The translations under genes were made by a program, and so were the position numbers. The notes under the pieces were generated by a model. That model was given only the letters and a program-made list of their open reading frames with translations, was not told where the DNA came from and did no database searches. From positions 124,001 through 188,000 of the IMG/VR virus record IMGVR_UViG_3300010885_025649: 64,000 nt of DNA; one strand, given 5' to 3'. Positions within the stretch are counted from its first letter, which is position 1, and each line of letters begins with the position of its first letter. Below, piece by piece: positions 20,425-31,044 of this stretch.

Positions 20425-20739
20425 AACTGGGATTCTCCAAAGTAAATTGACAGAGGTGTGTTAGGGATGTTGTACCTAACTTCCCTAGACAGACCTAGGA
20501 TCAAGAGTTTTCACTCTTTAAAGCCAATAGGCACCACAATGCCCAAAATAACCACGGCAAGAATAACCCACAAGAGAATCTGCAAAGGATCCATGAAGCA
20601 CCTCATTACGTGTGTGTGAACATTTGCTAGGGATGTTGTACCTAGCTCCTTAAGCAGGTCCTAAGATAATCTCGCATGAATGACACCAATAGTAACCGCC
20701 AAAAAGATATAGAAGATGAGAACAGCTAAAAGAATGTTC

Positions 20740-21021
20740 TCATTCGGTTGACTTGGCTTTGGCATCTTGGTAGTCCTTTTGCTTAATCCGGAAGTGTTGA
20801 ACGCGCTCGTTCATTTCATTAAGCCGACCTTCTTCCACAACATCATCAACAGTAAAGGTGATGACGGGGAAGCTAAACACCAACACATGAAGGTGGAGTT
20901 GATTCTTTATGTACTCCTCTTCATAGTGGTGGAAAATTGGGAACTGTGCAAGTCGATTGACAATGTTATCACAAATACCAAACAACCAATCTGACAGCCA
21001 TTTAAACTGTTCTTGGCTCAT
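20740..21021 (-). CDS. hypothetical protein
   Basis: MSQEQFKW start overlaps the upstream stop. Confidence 0.7.
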   Translation of the reverse strand: MSQEQFKWLSDWLFGICDNIVNRLAQFPIFHHYEEEYIKNQLHLHVLVFSFPVITFTVDDVVEEGRLNEMNERVQHFRIKQKDYQDAKAKSTE

Positions 21022-21596
21022 GCTCCCTCCAGTTCCAACTTCTGTAGTTCTTCTTCCGTCAATAAAGGCCAATCAAACTGTAAACTACTCAAACCATCCG
21101 GCACCAACTTAAGAAAGGCCTCAAGTTGTTTAGCGCGACGGATATTCTCCTCTTTGCTTTTAGATTGGGTAAAAGTCTTCGGGTCGATGTAGATATCAAC
21201 CTTAGCTTGCCAACCAAGATTCTTCCAGAGGGCAAAAGCATTAGGACCTGACTTATTGTAAACTTCCTCTGAGACCACCTGTAAAGCAATGAGTCGGCCG
21301 TCAACTTGAACCACGCATTTAGCAAGATAGATATTAGCCATCAAGTAATCCACTTGAAGTGGAATCTTCCCCAACCGGCGAATCTGGGCTGGGGACAGAA
21401 TACGACGGGCATTATCTATCAACACTGCAGGCAACAAAGGGTTTGCTTTCTTGATGACCTTGGTGGTAAACACCATGTTCCAAAAGCCAGTTCGGACAGT
21501 TTCCAGTAAAGGAACGGAATTAACACTAACTATCCGATCCAAGTCCAGTTGGGAATAAAACAACTTATTGAATCCGCAGGGTTGGGGCTTCATCAC
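21018..21596 (-). CDS. hypothetical protein
   Basis: 192-aa coupled ORF. Confidence 0.75.
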   Translation of the reverse strand: MMKPQPCGFNKLFYSQLDLDRIVSVNSVPLLETVRTGFWNMVFTTKVIKKANPLLPAVLIDNARRILSPAQIRRLGKIPLQVDYLMANIYLAKCVVQVDGRLIALQVVSEEVYNKSGPNAFALWKNLGWQAKVDIYIDPKTFTQSKSKEENIRRAKQLEAFLKLVPDGLSSLQFDWPLLTEEELQKLELEGA

Positions 21597-24161
21597 AACT
21601 CATCTCCTTCAATTTGCAAGAAAAGTGCATAACCCATGTTAAACTCGGCTTGAGTAACCAACATGGTATCAATGGTAACCAACTCAGGGGCTTGTTCACG
21701 AAGGGCCGTGACAACCGCCTCGACCTTTTTCCAATTAAGCTTTGGTTCAGTCTGGTCCGATATCATGTGAAGCCTCCCAGTATAAGATTTCCTGTTCACG
21801 ATGCCAAGAGTACCAAGACATTAGCACAATTGGTAACCAGAGAAATACAATTACCACGTTCAGAAGAAATGGAAATGGCAATTCTCGGGTTTTGTATCCT
21901 ACTTCCAGCATGTAACAAAGCAATAGACAGACGACACCAATTCCAATGTAACAAAGCAACCAAATCATGAGTCCTCCTTTAAATGAGATTTAACAACCTT
22001 CCAAAACTGTGGATCAGTCAACCCAGCATAAATTTCTAGCTGGACCCCAGTAGGACTGAGGATTTTAGTCACGGTAATCCCTGAGTCAGTACCTATTTCT
22101 AGAGTACAACCATCAGGCAAAGACCATTTAACATCAACTTGAAAGCGAGTAGCCACAGAAGCTTCTTCCTTTTCGCCTCTCCCTTTCTTGTTATAAGTCC
22201 ACAAGGTTATTTTCACCGAAACCCCCAAATAATTAACCGAACAATGAGAGTTACCACCAGTACATGTACCAGCAGCGGTGAAGGAACAACGTGCACCTTA
22301 GGTTTAGGGAGATAGACCACAGTAATGGTACCGGTAGTCTGTTTCTTAACCTGAGGCACAGGTAGTTGAGGAGCAGGAGGAACTGGCGCCCCTCTAAGGA
22401 GAAGGGGGCCAGCATAAGGCGGGGCAGCGATCTTCATGGTTTCTCCTTCGGGGCCAAAACACAAAGCGCGGCGGGAATTGCAAACATTAACCTTCCTCCA
22501 AGGTAAAGTTTTCAGCAATTTCATCATATGACATGTGCAGGACATCCGACACGAATTGCTGGGCAAGTTCACTAGTAATTCCCTGTTCAGGTAATTGTGC
22601 AGCTAAGTCCCAGAAGCCTCGTGGAACATTATGCTCCCACACGGCCAAGTTAATTAAACCTGTAGCAATGGCAAGCTCCTTAGTCCAAGGAGCTGCCCGA
22701 AGGGTGCAGCGTTTAGGCAGTTGCACACCCACAAGATAATCCTGAACGGCTTGAACAAGCGTACGAGGATCATCCGTATTATCACGGAAGGTAATCTGTT
22801 CTCGGTCTGTGTCTTCTAGCGGGGGCACAAGCAAGTTAATTATCATGGTGTCACTCCTTATCACGACATGAAGCAGAAGCTTCTGTCAGGGGTTTAATTC
22901 CCCTGAGAGAAGTCAGAGCTATACTTTAACTCTTGGTGTTCCTTTCTGGGTAGCATGTACCAAGATAGGTTCATACAAGGAAATGGTGTATAATCGTTCC
23001 CGAGAGAAGGCTTGGTAAGCAGCACAAGCCTTCTGTGCAATTTCTTGCGTGGTAAAGGTCATGGCATTGTCCCGCCCTTTAACCTCACCGATAGGAAGAT
23101 TCTGAAACACCAATTGAGGTTTCATCTTACACGCCCCCAAGTAGTGATACTTGTTCAATTGAGACTGACAGATCCACAACTTACTCACGCTTCACTCCAG
23201 GTATAGGTTAATGGTGTCCTCTCCAGGCTGTGGACTAGCGGCCCGAAGATTAAGGATAAGAAAGTGGAGTGATCATACTCCACCGGGCAGTAAGGAGAAC
23301 ACCAGAACCAGTTGATGATCCAACTGGGAGCGCCAAAGCTCCTCCCTAGGGAATTACACCCCAGGAAGCAACCAGAGCGGTTACAGTACAATAATCAGAA
23401 CACTGATGGTAGCGTCATACCGTTCATTCAGCTCCAGGAATGCCGCCTCTAAATCCCCATGGGAAACGGGTTCACAACCCGGGAGAGAGATTGAGAACAG
23501 GCCAGTTTGGGTGGTATAACTAACCGTATAATCACCTACCTGGGCCAAACGCGGCGCAGGAAAAGAGATAGGAGTAAACGCATCAAACGCTTGAGCAAAA
23601 GTTATGAGCCGTTGACGAAATCCAAAATCCGTGAGCATGTGATGATCCTCCAAGAGAGAGAAAATTTATTAAAGCGAGCCTTGAACAATCTCAAGGCCAA
23701 TCAACGGGGCCAAGTGCTTAATCAAATAGGGGACGTCTCCCTGCTGAGCAGGTGCATCCGCTATTTTAACCAAGCCGTACTGTACCAGACCTTCTGCAAC
23801 AAGTTGCATATTGGCCATGGTAATTACTGGAATATCCAGCAGGTCCATGATCTGACACACCTCAGACACCAAGGGGTACAGGTATAAGTGATTCCCCTTA
23901 GCGTACAAGGTGTTGGTAACATTAGGGGTTATCATCAGAGGTCTCCTTCTTGGCCACAACCAGACAATGCTTCTCAACATCATCGACCAGAAATAAACCA
24001 AAGATAATTATGCCTAACGCGCCAGCCACTGCAAAGCAGACTTGATCATTACGGTTTGCTACTTGAGTAGCAGCCCATACACCATGTCCAGTAAACAGCA
24101 AGAAGGCCGTGTACAGTGCCGTCCACGGCCGGCACCACAGCGCGCTGAGGAAAGAACCCAC
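21593..24161 (-). other. cluster of ~10 short overlapping hypothetical CDSs, several with TM helices
   Basis: ORFs 21593-21799, 21747-21968, 21965-22228, 22213-22437, 22487-22864, 22919-23188, 23381-23653, 23669-23938, 23922-24161 with RBS/overlaps. Confidence 0.6.
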
Positions 24162-24512
24162 ATGAACCTCCTTAGGGAATAAAGGCTAAGTCCCCAACCG
24201 ACTTAGCTTTGGATTGAAACTATTGAAACCACGCAAGGTTGAGTTACGTTAAGGTAGATTGGCTTAAGGTACCCATCTTGAAGCCCAGGATTGAGCTAAC
24301 CATCAAACAAAGCTTAAGGATTGTTTTCTTTTAGTCTACGTATGACACCTTCACGCTTAGCCCGAGCTTGGCGCATACATTCCGGTGTACTATGCTGAGA
24401 CTTTTCTAATCGTTGACCCCGGCGGTCACAATCCAACAATCTATTCAAATGCATGTGACCTCCTTTAATAAGTGCTGGTCCCAAGGGGTCGCTAATCCCC
24501 TGGAAGCAATCC

Positions 24513-24812
24513 TTAATCTTGTTTAGGTCGATCAGTTTTATAATAGTTCTCCAAGAACATATCTGCAGTATAATCAGGAAAGTACCACCGGATAAAAGCT
24601 TCAAAGAAGGCAGGATCTGTATTCTCCTGAAACCATTCTTCTTCTTTGCCATTAATCACCAAGACAATACCATTCCCTTCACAGAAGAAGTGAGTGATGG
24701 AAGCTTTGGTAATCACCGTAGCGTATTGACCCTCCCCCAACCAAATAAAGGCAGCAGGGTGATCATGGTCACTTACAGTAAATCGCATTGGTATGTACAC
24801 AGCAACCTCCAA
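24513..24812 (-). CDS. hypothetical protein
   Basis: ~90-99 aa ORF. Confidence 0.6.
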   Translation of the reverse strand: MEVAVYIPMRFTVSDHDHPAAFIWLGEGQYATVITKASITHFFCEGNGIVLVINGKEEEWFQENTDPAFFEAFIRWYFPDYTADMFLENYYKTDRPKQD

Positions 24813-24954
24813 GTAACGTGTATTAGAGGATTAACGTACCTCCAGAAGACTCTTACGAATCAACGCCGAATGCTAGATAGCAAGAGCACCCACACGATTG
24901 CAGCTTAATCTGTGAGGTTAGACTCAGGTCAATCAGGTGACCTTTAAATTGATC

Positions 24955-25350
24955 TTAGCCTGGGATGGAGAGATACTCCCCATTCCCGAAGCGCTTGATC
25001 TGTTCAGGCAGCTCATCCAGAGCTATAGTTGGCCAATAGGGTTGTAAAACCCCCAAAGCTAAAGCGGCCTCCCACACCGCTTTATTATCAACCAAGGGTA
25101 GCGTGACCAACACCTTGTGGTGCGCCGGGATGTCTTTGAGGTCTGATGGGTGACGGAGATAGAACTCCGCTCCCAGGTCTTCATCTTCGTCGAGATTGGT
25201 GTGCCCTGGGCAGGGCTTGAATACCACCTGGGTCTGAGGATTCTGGCGGCGTGCCTCCTCCTCAGCTACAAGTTCACGGCTACGGACTTGAATGCGGAGC
25301 TGGCGCTCCAATGGATACTCAGACATGATCTCTTGAACTGTACGTCCCAC
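24955..25350 (-). CDS. protein with XRE/HigA-type antitoxin-like N-terminal helix
   Basis: MGRTVQEIMSEYPLERQLRIQVRSRELVAEE resembles the N-termini of HTH antitoxins; no HTH follows. Confidence 0.55.
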   Translation of the reverse strand: MGRTVQEIMSEYPLERQLRIQVRSRELVAEEEARRQNPQTQVVFKPCPGHTNLDEDEDLGAEFYLRHPSDLKDIPAHHKVLVTLPLVDNKAVWEAALALGVLQPYWPTIALDELPEQIKRFGNGEYLSIPG

Positions 25351-25469
25351 GAGTCTTCTCCAACTAGAGTTAGTAATGACCCGTCTCAGTATCGTCCCCC
25401 AGGCGAGGCCGGATCAAGCGCCCTGGGTGTACGGCTAGGAGTTAAAGGCATCCAAGCTAGCCTGCTAAA

Positions 25470-25757
25470 CTAAGAGAAACTGTCTAACATAGCCTGCACA
25501 GCAGCATAGTCCTCTCCCATAAGCTGCTGTAACAGCGGCTCATAGTTAGAGTTACTATACCAACCTGCCAAAGCAAGGCTGAGGGCTTGACGTTGCCGAC
25601 TACTCAGGTGAGCAATGTCTGCCTCACAAAGGCAGATATCTAGTAGGCCAGCTTGACCAAAAACATTATCCCACAGAGGGAATGCTACCGCTGCAGGCCA
25701 ACGGCGGCATCCGGTCTCCTTCTGGATCTTATCAATCAACTGTTCAACTAATTCCAT
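25470..25757 (-). CDS. hypothetical protein
   Basis: 95 aa with AGGAG RBS. Confidence 0.75.
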   Translation of the reverse strand: MELVEQLIDKIQKETGCRRWPAAVAFPLWDNVFGQAGLLDICLCEADIAHLSSRQRQALSLALAGWYSNSNYEPLLQQLMGEDYAAVQAMLDSFS

Positions 25758-25819
25758 GATGATCTCCTAAAGTAATGTAAACAAGTATTATTAATTCAAC
25801 TCCCCTAGGAGAGCATGTA

Positions 25820-25890
25820 ACCAATACCCCAGTCAGGAGTCGAACCTGACTGACTGCCTTTGCTAGAGGGAGTCACCGGATGGGGTTGGT
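25820..25890 (-). ncRNA. tRNA-like structure lacking a D-arm
   Basis: T-arm GTCAGG-TTCGACT-CCTGAC; anticodon-like arm with loop CTAGCAA; closing stem ACCAA.CCCCA/TGGGG..TTGGT. Confidence 0.5.
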
Positions 25891-25906
25891 GCTCTGTCAT
25901 CTACAG

Positions 25907-26290
25907 TTAATTCCGGTAGAACCCTAAGCACCCAATGGGCTTAGGCTCAGTCGCACTCTTGTACACAGTGCCTCGAACAGTAAGTAGACGATCTGTGCGC
26001 AAGCCTAGCGCTTTACACGCGCTAACGTATAAGGCAGAGACCACGTAGTAATGATCGGTATCTTGTGGATAAGCATCCACCGATGTAAACTCAAACGTTT
26101 TGCATGGTATACCATAGACCGCCTCTGTAAAGCGTTCCTCTTGTTTAGCATTGAGGAGGGTACCCGATGGCTCAATAACTTGTGCAGCCACCTGACCATC
26201 TTTTACAAGTAGCTTCCGAATCGAAGCATCAAATACAGTACTGTCCTCACGAAACAAGTTGATAATGTGCGGGGTCATGTTGTTGATCAT
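25907..26290 (-). CDS. conserved phage hypothetical protein (N[L/M]TPH..N family)
   Basis: MINNMTPHIINL...IEPSG...YYVVSALY...IGCLG. Confidence 0.75.
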   Translation of the reverse strand: MINNMTPHIINLFREDSTVFDASIRKLLVKDGQVAAQVIEPSGTLLNAKQEERFTEAVYGIPCKTFEFTSVDAYPQDTDHYYVVSALYVSACKALGLRTDRLLTVRGTVYKSATEPKPIGCLGFYRN

Positions 26291-26401
26291 GTCAGCTCCT
26301 TTAAAGCAAGGTTTGTTCGCAGGGTTAGGAAACCTGCTCGCCTTGGTCGGTCCAAGGACGGCTCCTTTTATTTAAAGCCCGTGGAGTCAGGGCTGTTAGA
26401 T

Positions 26402-26713
26402 CTAAAGGATGTAACCATCCTTAGGCATGTTAGCCTGAAGGAATTCCAGAATTCGCTGCTGCTGTTGCTGCGTGGTTTTGGGGAAATGATTAAAGATAGG
26501 TCGGCGCCCATCTTTGTTGTGGATAGAATCCACTCTGACAACAATTTGAGAATCGTTCTCCTCAAGAACCCCGCTTGTCTTGTACATCCCACCCCAAAGG
26601 TGGGGGAAGTACCAGGTTATAGCTTCCATCTCCAACGTCGCACCATTGAAACGCAGCTCGCTAATCCGAGCATTATCCCGTTCAACTAACTGTAAGTCAG
26701 TAACAATGTTCAC
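26402..26713 (-). CDS. hypothetical protein
   Basis: 103 aa with AAGGAG RBS. Confidence 0.7.
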   Translation of the reverse strand: MNIVTDLQLVERDNARISELRFNGATLEMEAITWYFPHLWGGMYKTSGVLEENDSQIVVRVDSIHNKDGRRPIFNHFPKTTQQQQQRILEFLQANMPKDGYIL

Positions 26714-26842
26714 GATGCTCTCCTTATCCCGTATCGTGGGTATCCGCCAGTCAGGTCAGACTGGATGACCAGGGCTTAGGACCTGGACCCCAGCAGGTGC
26801 TAGGGTGACCTTCATGCCTACCGGAGCAGGCACCCTTCGGTA

Positions 26843-27031
26843 TTAAGTTGCAGATTCAATAGTATATTGAAGTTTATGAGCTATTGCGTATGCTATAACT
26901 CCTTCAGCTTCCTTTTCATCAAGAGCGCACCGATCCTCATAATGGCTAGTTAGCCAAAAGCACCGCTCTGATAAAGTAATAACCCAACCATTCAAGACTT
27001 TGTTCCCCACCAACAAAATGGCGTATTTCAC
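26843..27031 (-). CDS. hypothetical protein
   Basis: 62 aa with AAGGAG RBS. Confidence 0.65.
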   Translation of the reverse strand: MKYAILLVGNKVLNGWVITLSERCFWLTSHYEDRCALDEKEAEGVIAYAIAHKLQYTIESAT

Positions 27032-27059
27032 AGCGCTCTCCTTTTGTTCCGCAACGTGC

Positions 27060-27295
27060 TTAGGGGCGCATGCACAATAAGCCCTCAGTCCAGCAACACC
27101 AAGGGGTGCTGCTACACCACAGCGCTCCGGGGTTTACCCCTGTCATGCTGCAATGCTGGAGGCCCGAGCCGTACTCCTGGCCAGACCTCCAAAACCCTCA
27201 AGAGGATTTGGCTGTTAACCCTCAGGGGAGCCAGCCCCCCAGGAGGAAGGCTGTTTGGGCCGAAGGCGAAGACTGAGGGCGAAACTTCGGGTCGG
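27060..27295 (-). ncRNA. multi-stem structured RNA candidate
   Basis: Perfect 10-bp long-range stem 27081-27090/27271-27280 enclosing about five hairpins; mismatches are G-U on the minus strand. Confidence 0.6.
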
Positions 27296-27356
27296 TACTA
27301 ATAAAAGGGTCGGTAGACCCTAGGGAAACTAGGATAATCTACCGACGCGTTAAGTG

Positions 27357-30164
27357 TTAGTCAATGCCTAGGTCAACCACACGGTTATATTCTGCTACAA
27401 CTTGTTTCTCCACCCCAAGGGTCAGAGCCACAAAGTAGAAGAAGCCTAGGTGTTTGATGCTACCTTCTCCTTGTTTAACCTTATCTGCTGTAAGAGCAGT
27501 AAAGTACAGGAGTTGGTCCTCAGAGAAGCCAAGAGTGTAAGCTTGAAGCTTATGCTCAATAGCAACCATGAGCGCACCATAGTTAGCCCCTTGAGACACT
27601 TGATCAAGGAGGATACGGTAGTCCACCTCAATAGCCTTATAGGCAACCCGAACATCTTCATACTCATCAGTGGGCAGAGCTTGACCCATGATCTCCCAGC
27701 GAGAGAGGTTAGAGGTCAAGGTATCCACATCAAGTACAGGATGCTCAGTCAAGTTGGTGAGGGTTGACCACACGTAGTCTGCTACGTGACCATAGCCTAG
27801 AGAACGAATCTCCGCCAAGTGGGGAGACAATTTCTCATAGGTGGTAGCTTCTGCCACAGCCAAAGCCCGTGCTTTGGTAGCAGTAAAGCCTTGATCACGC
27901 AGCTCATTAACCCGATCTACCAGCCCATGATCTTTCCACACTTCCTTAAGGTGGGAAATAGCACTAAGGATTGGGCTGATATCTTTGTAGGGCATTTCAC
28001 CCACGCCACCCAAAGCTTTCCACAACTTAGTAGCTTCAAGACGAAAGGCATGTAAGCTCAAAGAGCTATCAACCGTCTTCTTCATGCTGTTGAGGACCGC
28101 TTGGATGTAACGAGCGAACTTGAACCTGATAGATGGCACCGCGCCTTCAGCACCGCTATCATCACCTTTGGTAAAGGCGGCAATCAGACCTGCACTATGG
28201 TACAGGAACATCAAGGCCTTACCGAGGTTAACAGCGACGCCCACTTTAGCATCCCCTTCTTTGACCACCATAGCCATGACGTTCTTCCACGTAGAGTCTC
28301 CACTATTGGAGTGCTCAGTCTTCGTGGTAAGCGAACCATGGTTGCTGATGCGGGTATCATTTAGGGTAAGGAACTCAGGTAAGATCCCCCCTTCACAATC
28401 CCCGTCAAAGTCACCTTGAATTTGCCCTTGAGTATAGGGAGTCATCAAGAACGCTGTTTGCTCGCCATGATCAATGACCTTTAAGGCCACCCAGCTAAAG
28501 TCAAACAACGCGGGTGCGCGATGGAAGATCATCACAGAACCCAGGGGGTATTTCCCTTTCAGTTCTGCTGGAACAATTACTTCATCATCTTTAATCCCGG
28601 TGTGGGGTAGGATGGGAAGATTGTATCCAGGCAAGCGATGAGTCAACATACGCTTCTTGAAGGCGTTAGTGAACTCGCTTGTGACATCTTCAAGGATGGA
28701 CTTGGCCAGCGGAAGACCAGCAGCTTGCATACGTAAGGCTAAACCTTGCGTACCAAACTGAGAACCGGCCTCATGCTCTTTGGCCAACGTGAGGAACTTG
28801 CCCTCATCCCAGAGCTTAGCCATCGCTTGCACCTCTGCAAGAGAGGATACATGGTAGGCAGCTTTTAACTCAGGGTGGGCAAGAGTATCCATGAAGCGCA
28901 GATCTACCCCAAAGTTCAGAAGAGTCTGACGGGGATTAATCCACACGTTCATGATCAACAGTTCCTCAGGTTTGAGGGTGAGCTGATCCCCGTGCTTGGG
29001 CAAAGCGGCACCTTTTGCGCATTGGGTGAAAGCCTCCACAATAAAGCACAAAGAAGCCTCAGGATTGATCTCACGCGCCGCTGCTACCAAGCGTTTCTGC
29101 TTGTGATCAGTAGGCTTATTGATCATACCTTTGGCATTCAACATGCCGTGGTTAAGGAGAGCCGTACCTTGAGCAGGCGTGCAGGTATGCCCCACAGCCT
29201 CAAAGATTTGCTCATCATCAACCACTAACGCAAAGGGGCCATCCATGCTGACCTTGTATTTAATGCCAAGCTCTTTCGCGCTGACAAATACAATGTTAGC
29301 CAGGGAATGAAACAGGGGCGCACCAGGACGAAGGAGCGTTCTAGCCAGTTTATTAGCTAGGGCTGCATCCTCAGTCTGCTGAGGTTTATCTGTCCACACA
29401 TAGGTCCCAGATGCACCTTTAACCCCTAACAGGTATGGGTGATTAGGGAACGCTGCATGAGCATGCTCAGCAACAGGAGCCATGAAATGCTCTTTGCCTA
29501 CATAGGCTTGAGTCAGTTCCGCGCTTTCGATCTGGTACGTTGAAATAGGCTTGTTGGCCCGCACCGCTTCTGCCTCAGCCTTCTTAACGGCCTCATGATC
29601 TTTGAGGACACTAGCTTTATAATCAAACATGTCAGCGCCCGTAGGACGACCAACTTGTTGAGTAATCAAGCCATTCTCAAACACCATAGGTTTGTACCAT
29701 CCGGCCGCAAATGGGTCAGAGGTTTTAACCTTAGGCAACGGTTTCTGTGGCTGATTGAACGCACCCTTGGTAAAGCTGATGCTATCTTTCCGCGTTACTT
29801 CAGAAGCATGTGCTTCTTTTTCACACGGGAATTTCACATCAGCATAAGCCCGAGGGAAGGGGCGCTCTTGCTGAGTCCATGCGCGCACTACGCCGTTGTG
29901 GAGCTTCTTAACGCTAACAATCTTATCCAGATTACCATCAGCTTCGATCTTATACAAGATCTTAGCGACAGAGCTGAATGCAGACTGCGGCATTTTGAAG
30001 CCGTCAATAAAGAGGATAGGGTTACCCCGATCATCCCGGACGATTTCCACAAGGTGCGACGAGATAGCCTTCTTGTAGAAGAAGTCAATCACGTAGCTGC
30101 GTACAATCTCATCGGTCTCGGAGACCAATTGAATGCGCGCTTTGACGTTCATGGTTTTAGCCAT
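27357..30164 (-). CDS. single-subunit two-barrel RNA polymerase-like protein (RNAP-B, YonO-like)
   Basis: FHRAPALF followed about 33 aa later by IQGDFDGDC (28398-28412); upstream NAKGM and CAKG lysine motifs. Confidence 0.85.
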   Translation of the reverse strand: MAKTMNVKARIQLVSETDEIVRSYVIDFFYKKAISSHLVEIVRDDRGNPILFIDGFKMPQSAFSSVAKILYKIEADGNLDKIVSVKKLHNGVVRAWTQQERPFPRAYADVKFPCEKEAHASEVTRKDSISFTKGAFNQPQKPLPKVKTSDPFAAGWYKPMVFENGLITQQVGRPTGADMFDYKASVLKDHEAVKKAEAEAVRANKPISTYQIESAELTQAYVGKEHFMAPVAEHAHAAFPNHPYLLGVKGASGTYVWTDKPQQTEDAALANKLARTLLRPGAPLFHSLANIVFVSAKELGIKYKVSMDGPFALVVDDEQIFEAVGHTCTPAQGTALLNHGMLNAKGMINKPTDHKQKRLVAAAREINPEASLCFIVEAFTQCAKGAALPKHGDQLTLKPEELLIMNVWINPRQTLLNFGVDLRFMDTLAHPELKAAYHVSSLAEVQAMAKLWDEGKFLTLAKEHEAGSQFGTQGLALRMQAAGLPLAKSILEDVTSEFTNAFKKRMLTHRLPGYNLPILPHTGIKDDEVIVPAELKGKYPLGSVMIFHRAPALFDFSWVALKVIDHGEQTAFLMTPYTQGQIQGDFDGDCEGGILPEFLTLNDTRISNHGSLTTKTEHSNSGDSTWKNVMAMVVKEGDAKVGVAVNLGKALMFLYHSAGLIAAFTKGDDSGAEGAVPSIRFKFARYIQAVLNSMKKTVDSSLSLHAFRLEATKLWKALGGVGEMPYKDISPILSAISHLKEVWKDHGLVDRVNELRDQGFTATKARALAVAEATTYEKLSPHLAEIRSLGYGHVADYVWSTLTNLTEHPVLDVDTLTSNLSRWEIMGQALPTDEYEDVRVAYKAIEVDYRILLDQVSQGANYGALMVAIEHKLQAYTLGFSEDQLLYFTALTADKVKQGEGSIKHLGFFYFVALTLGVEKQVVAEYNRVVDLGID

Positions 30165-30202
30165 GAGTTGGTATTCTCCTTACTAGTGATAGCTTAGTTG
30201 AG

Positions 30203-30778
30203 TTACGCAGCCAATTTGACTGCAAACGCAACAAGGCTAGCAAAGGTGTCTTTGGTGACAACCTTTTTAGCTGCAGGCTCCTTCACTTTAGTAGCAGAAG
30301 CTACCGCAGTAAAGAGTGGCACGGCCACCATTTTGATTTGGCGAGCCGCCCAAGCAGCCGCAGATGCAGCTACTTGTTTGCGTGCCACGCTGGCCGCTAC
30401 TTGAGCGCGACGGACTTGCGCCCGCGCAGTCAATACCGCCTGAGCCTTGCGGCACAGTTTGGTGAGCTTATTAACCAACTTGGCTACGGTAGCACCCAGC
30501 AAGCGCTGTTGCGCCCACTGGTACATACCTTTAGTAGCCAGGGCTTTAAGCCCCTTGTTAGCCCGGGCCAACACGGCTTTCACCGCATTGGTTGGTAGGC
30601 TCGCCACGTTACCGTGGAAAGCCCCTTGTTCCGCAACTGCAAGGGCAGCACGAAAAGTAACCGATTTGGCCAGAGTGGCCTTAATGCTGGCCGCTTTAGC
30701 GACCTTTAAAGCCGTAGCTGCAGAGCAGCCACGGAAAGCCACCATATAGGCGGCTAAGTTGTTAACTGTGTTTGACAT
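30203..30778 (-). CDS. Ala/Lys-rich basic protein (possible nucleic-acid binding)
   Basis: Very basic low-complexity sequence; AAAGGAG RBS; directly upstream of RNAP-B. Confidence 0.75.
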   Translation of the reverse strand: MSNTVNNLAAYMVAFRGCSAATALKVAKAASIKATLAKSVTFRAALAVAEQGAFHGNVASLPTNAVKAVLARANKGLKALATKGMYQWAQQRLLGATVAKLVNKLTKLCRKAQAVLTARAQVRRAQVAASVARKQVAASAAAWAARQIKMVAVPLFTAVASATKVKEPAAKKVVTKDTFASLVAFAVKLAA

Positions 30779-31044
30779 GGTTTATTCGCTCCTTTAAAGT
30801 AACGGGTTACCACAACCCACACGCCCAGAAGGAGGGGTGCAAATAAAAAGTCGGTAACCAAAAGGAGCAACCACATACACAATAACTATTGAAGCTTATA
30901 CTTGGGTCGTTCTAAGGGGCCGACCAAACCTCCACGGTCAACAGCAATCACCAAACCGAGCTCAACACTGCTAACAACAGTCATGTCTAATCCTCCTTCA
31001 AGAATAGGCAGAGAGAAGGCTCCCTGCCTACAAGTTAAAGGAGT

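Noticed and set aside
25820-25890. Bona fide tRNA gene
   Set aside because: No D-arm, no CCA and an irregular anticodon stem; reported as tRNA-like only
27044-27301. Plus-strand ORFs of 85 and 68 aa
   Set aside because: Antisense to the region's polarity, no RBS; better explained as GC-rich structured RNA
13343-30164. Split beta/beta' subunits of a phiKZ-like multisubunit RNAP
   Set aside because: Each large ORF has its own catalytic DxDGD plus upstream lysine motifs and lacks NADFDGD context, which fits independent single-chain enzymes better
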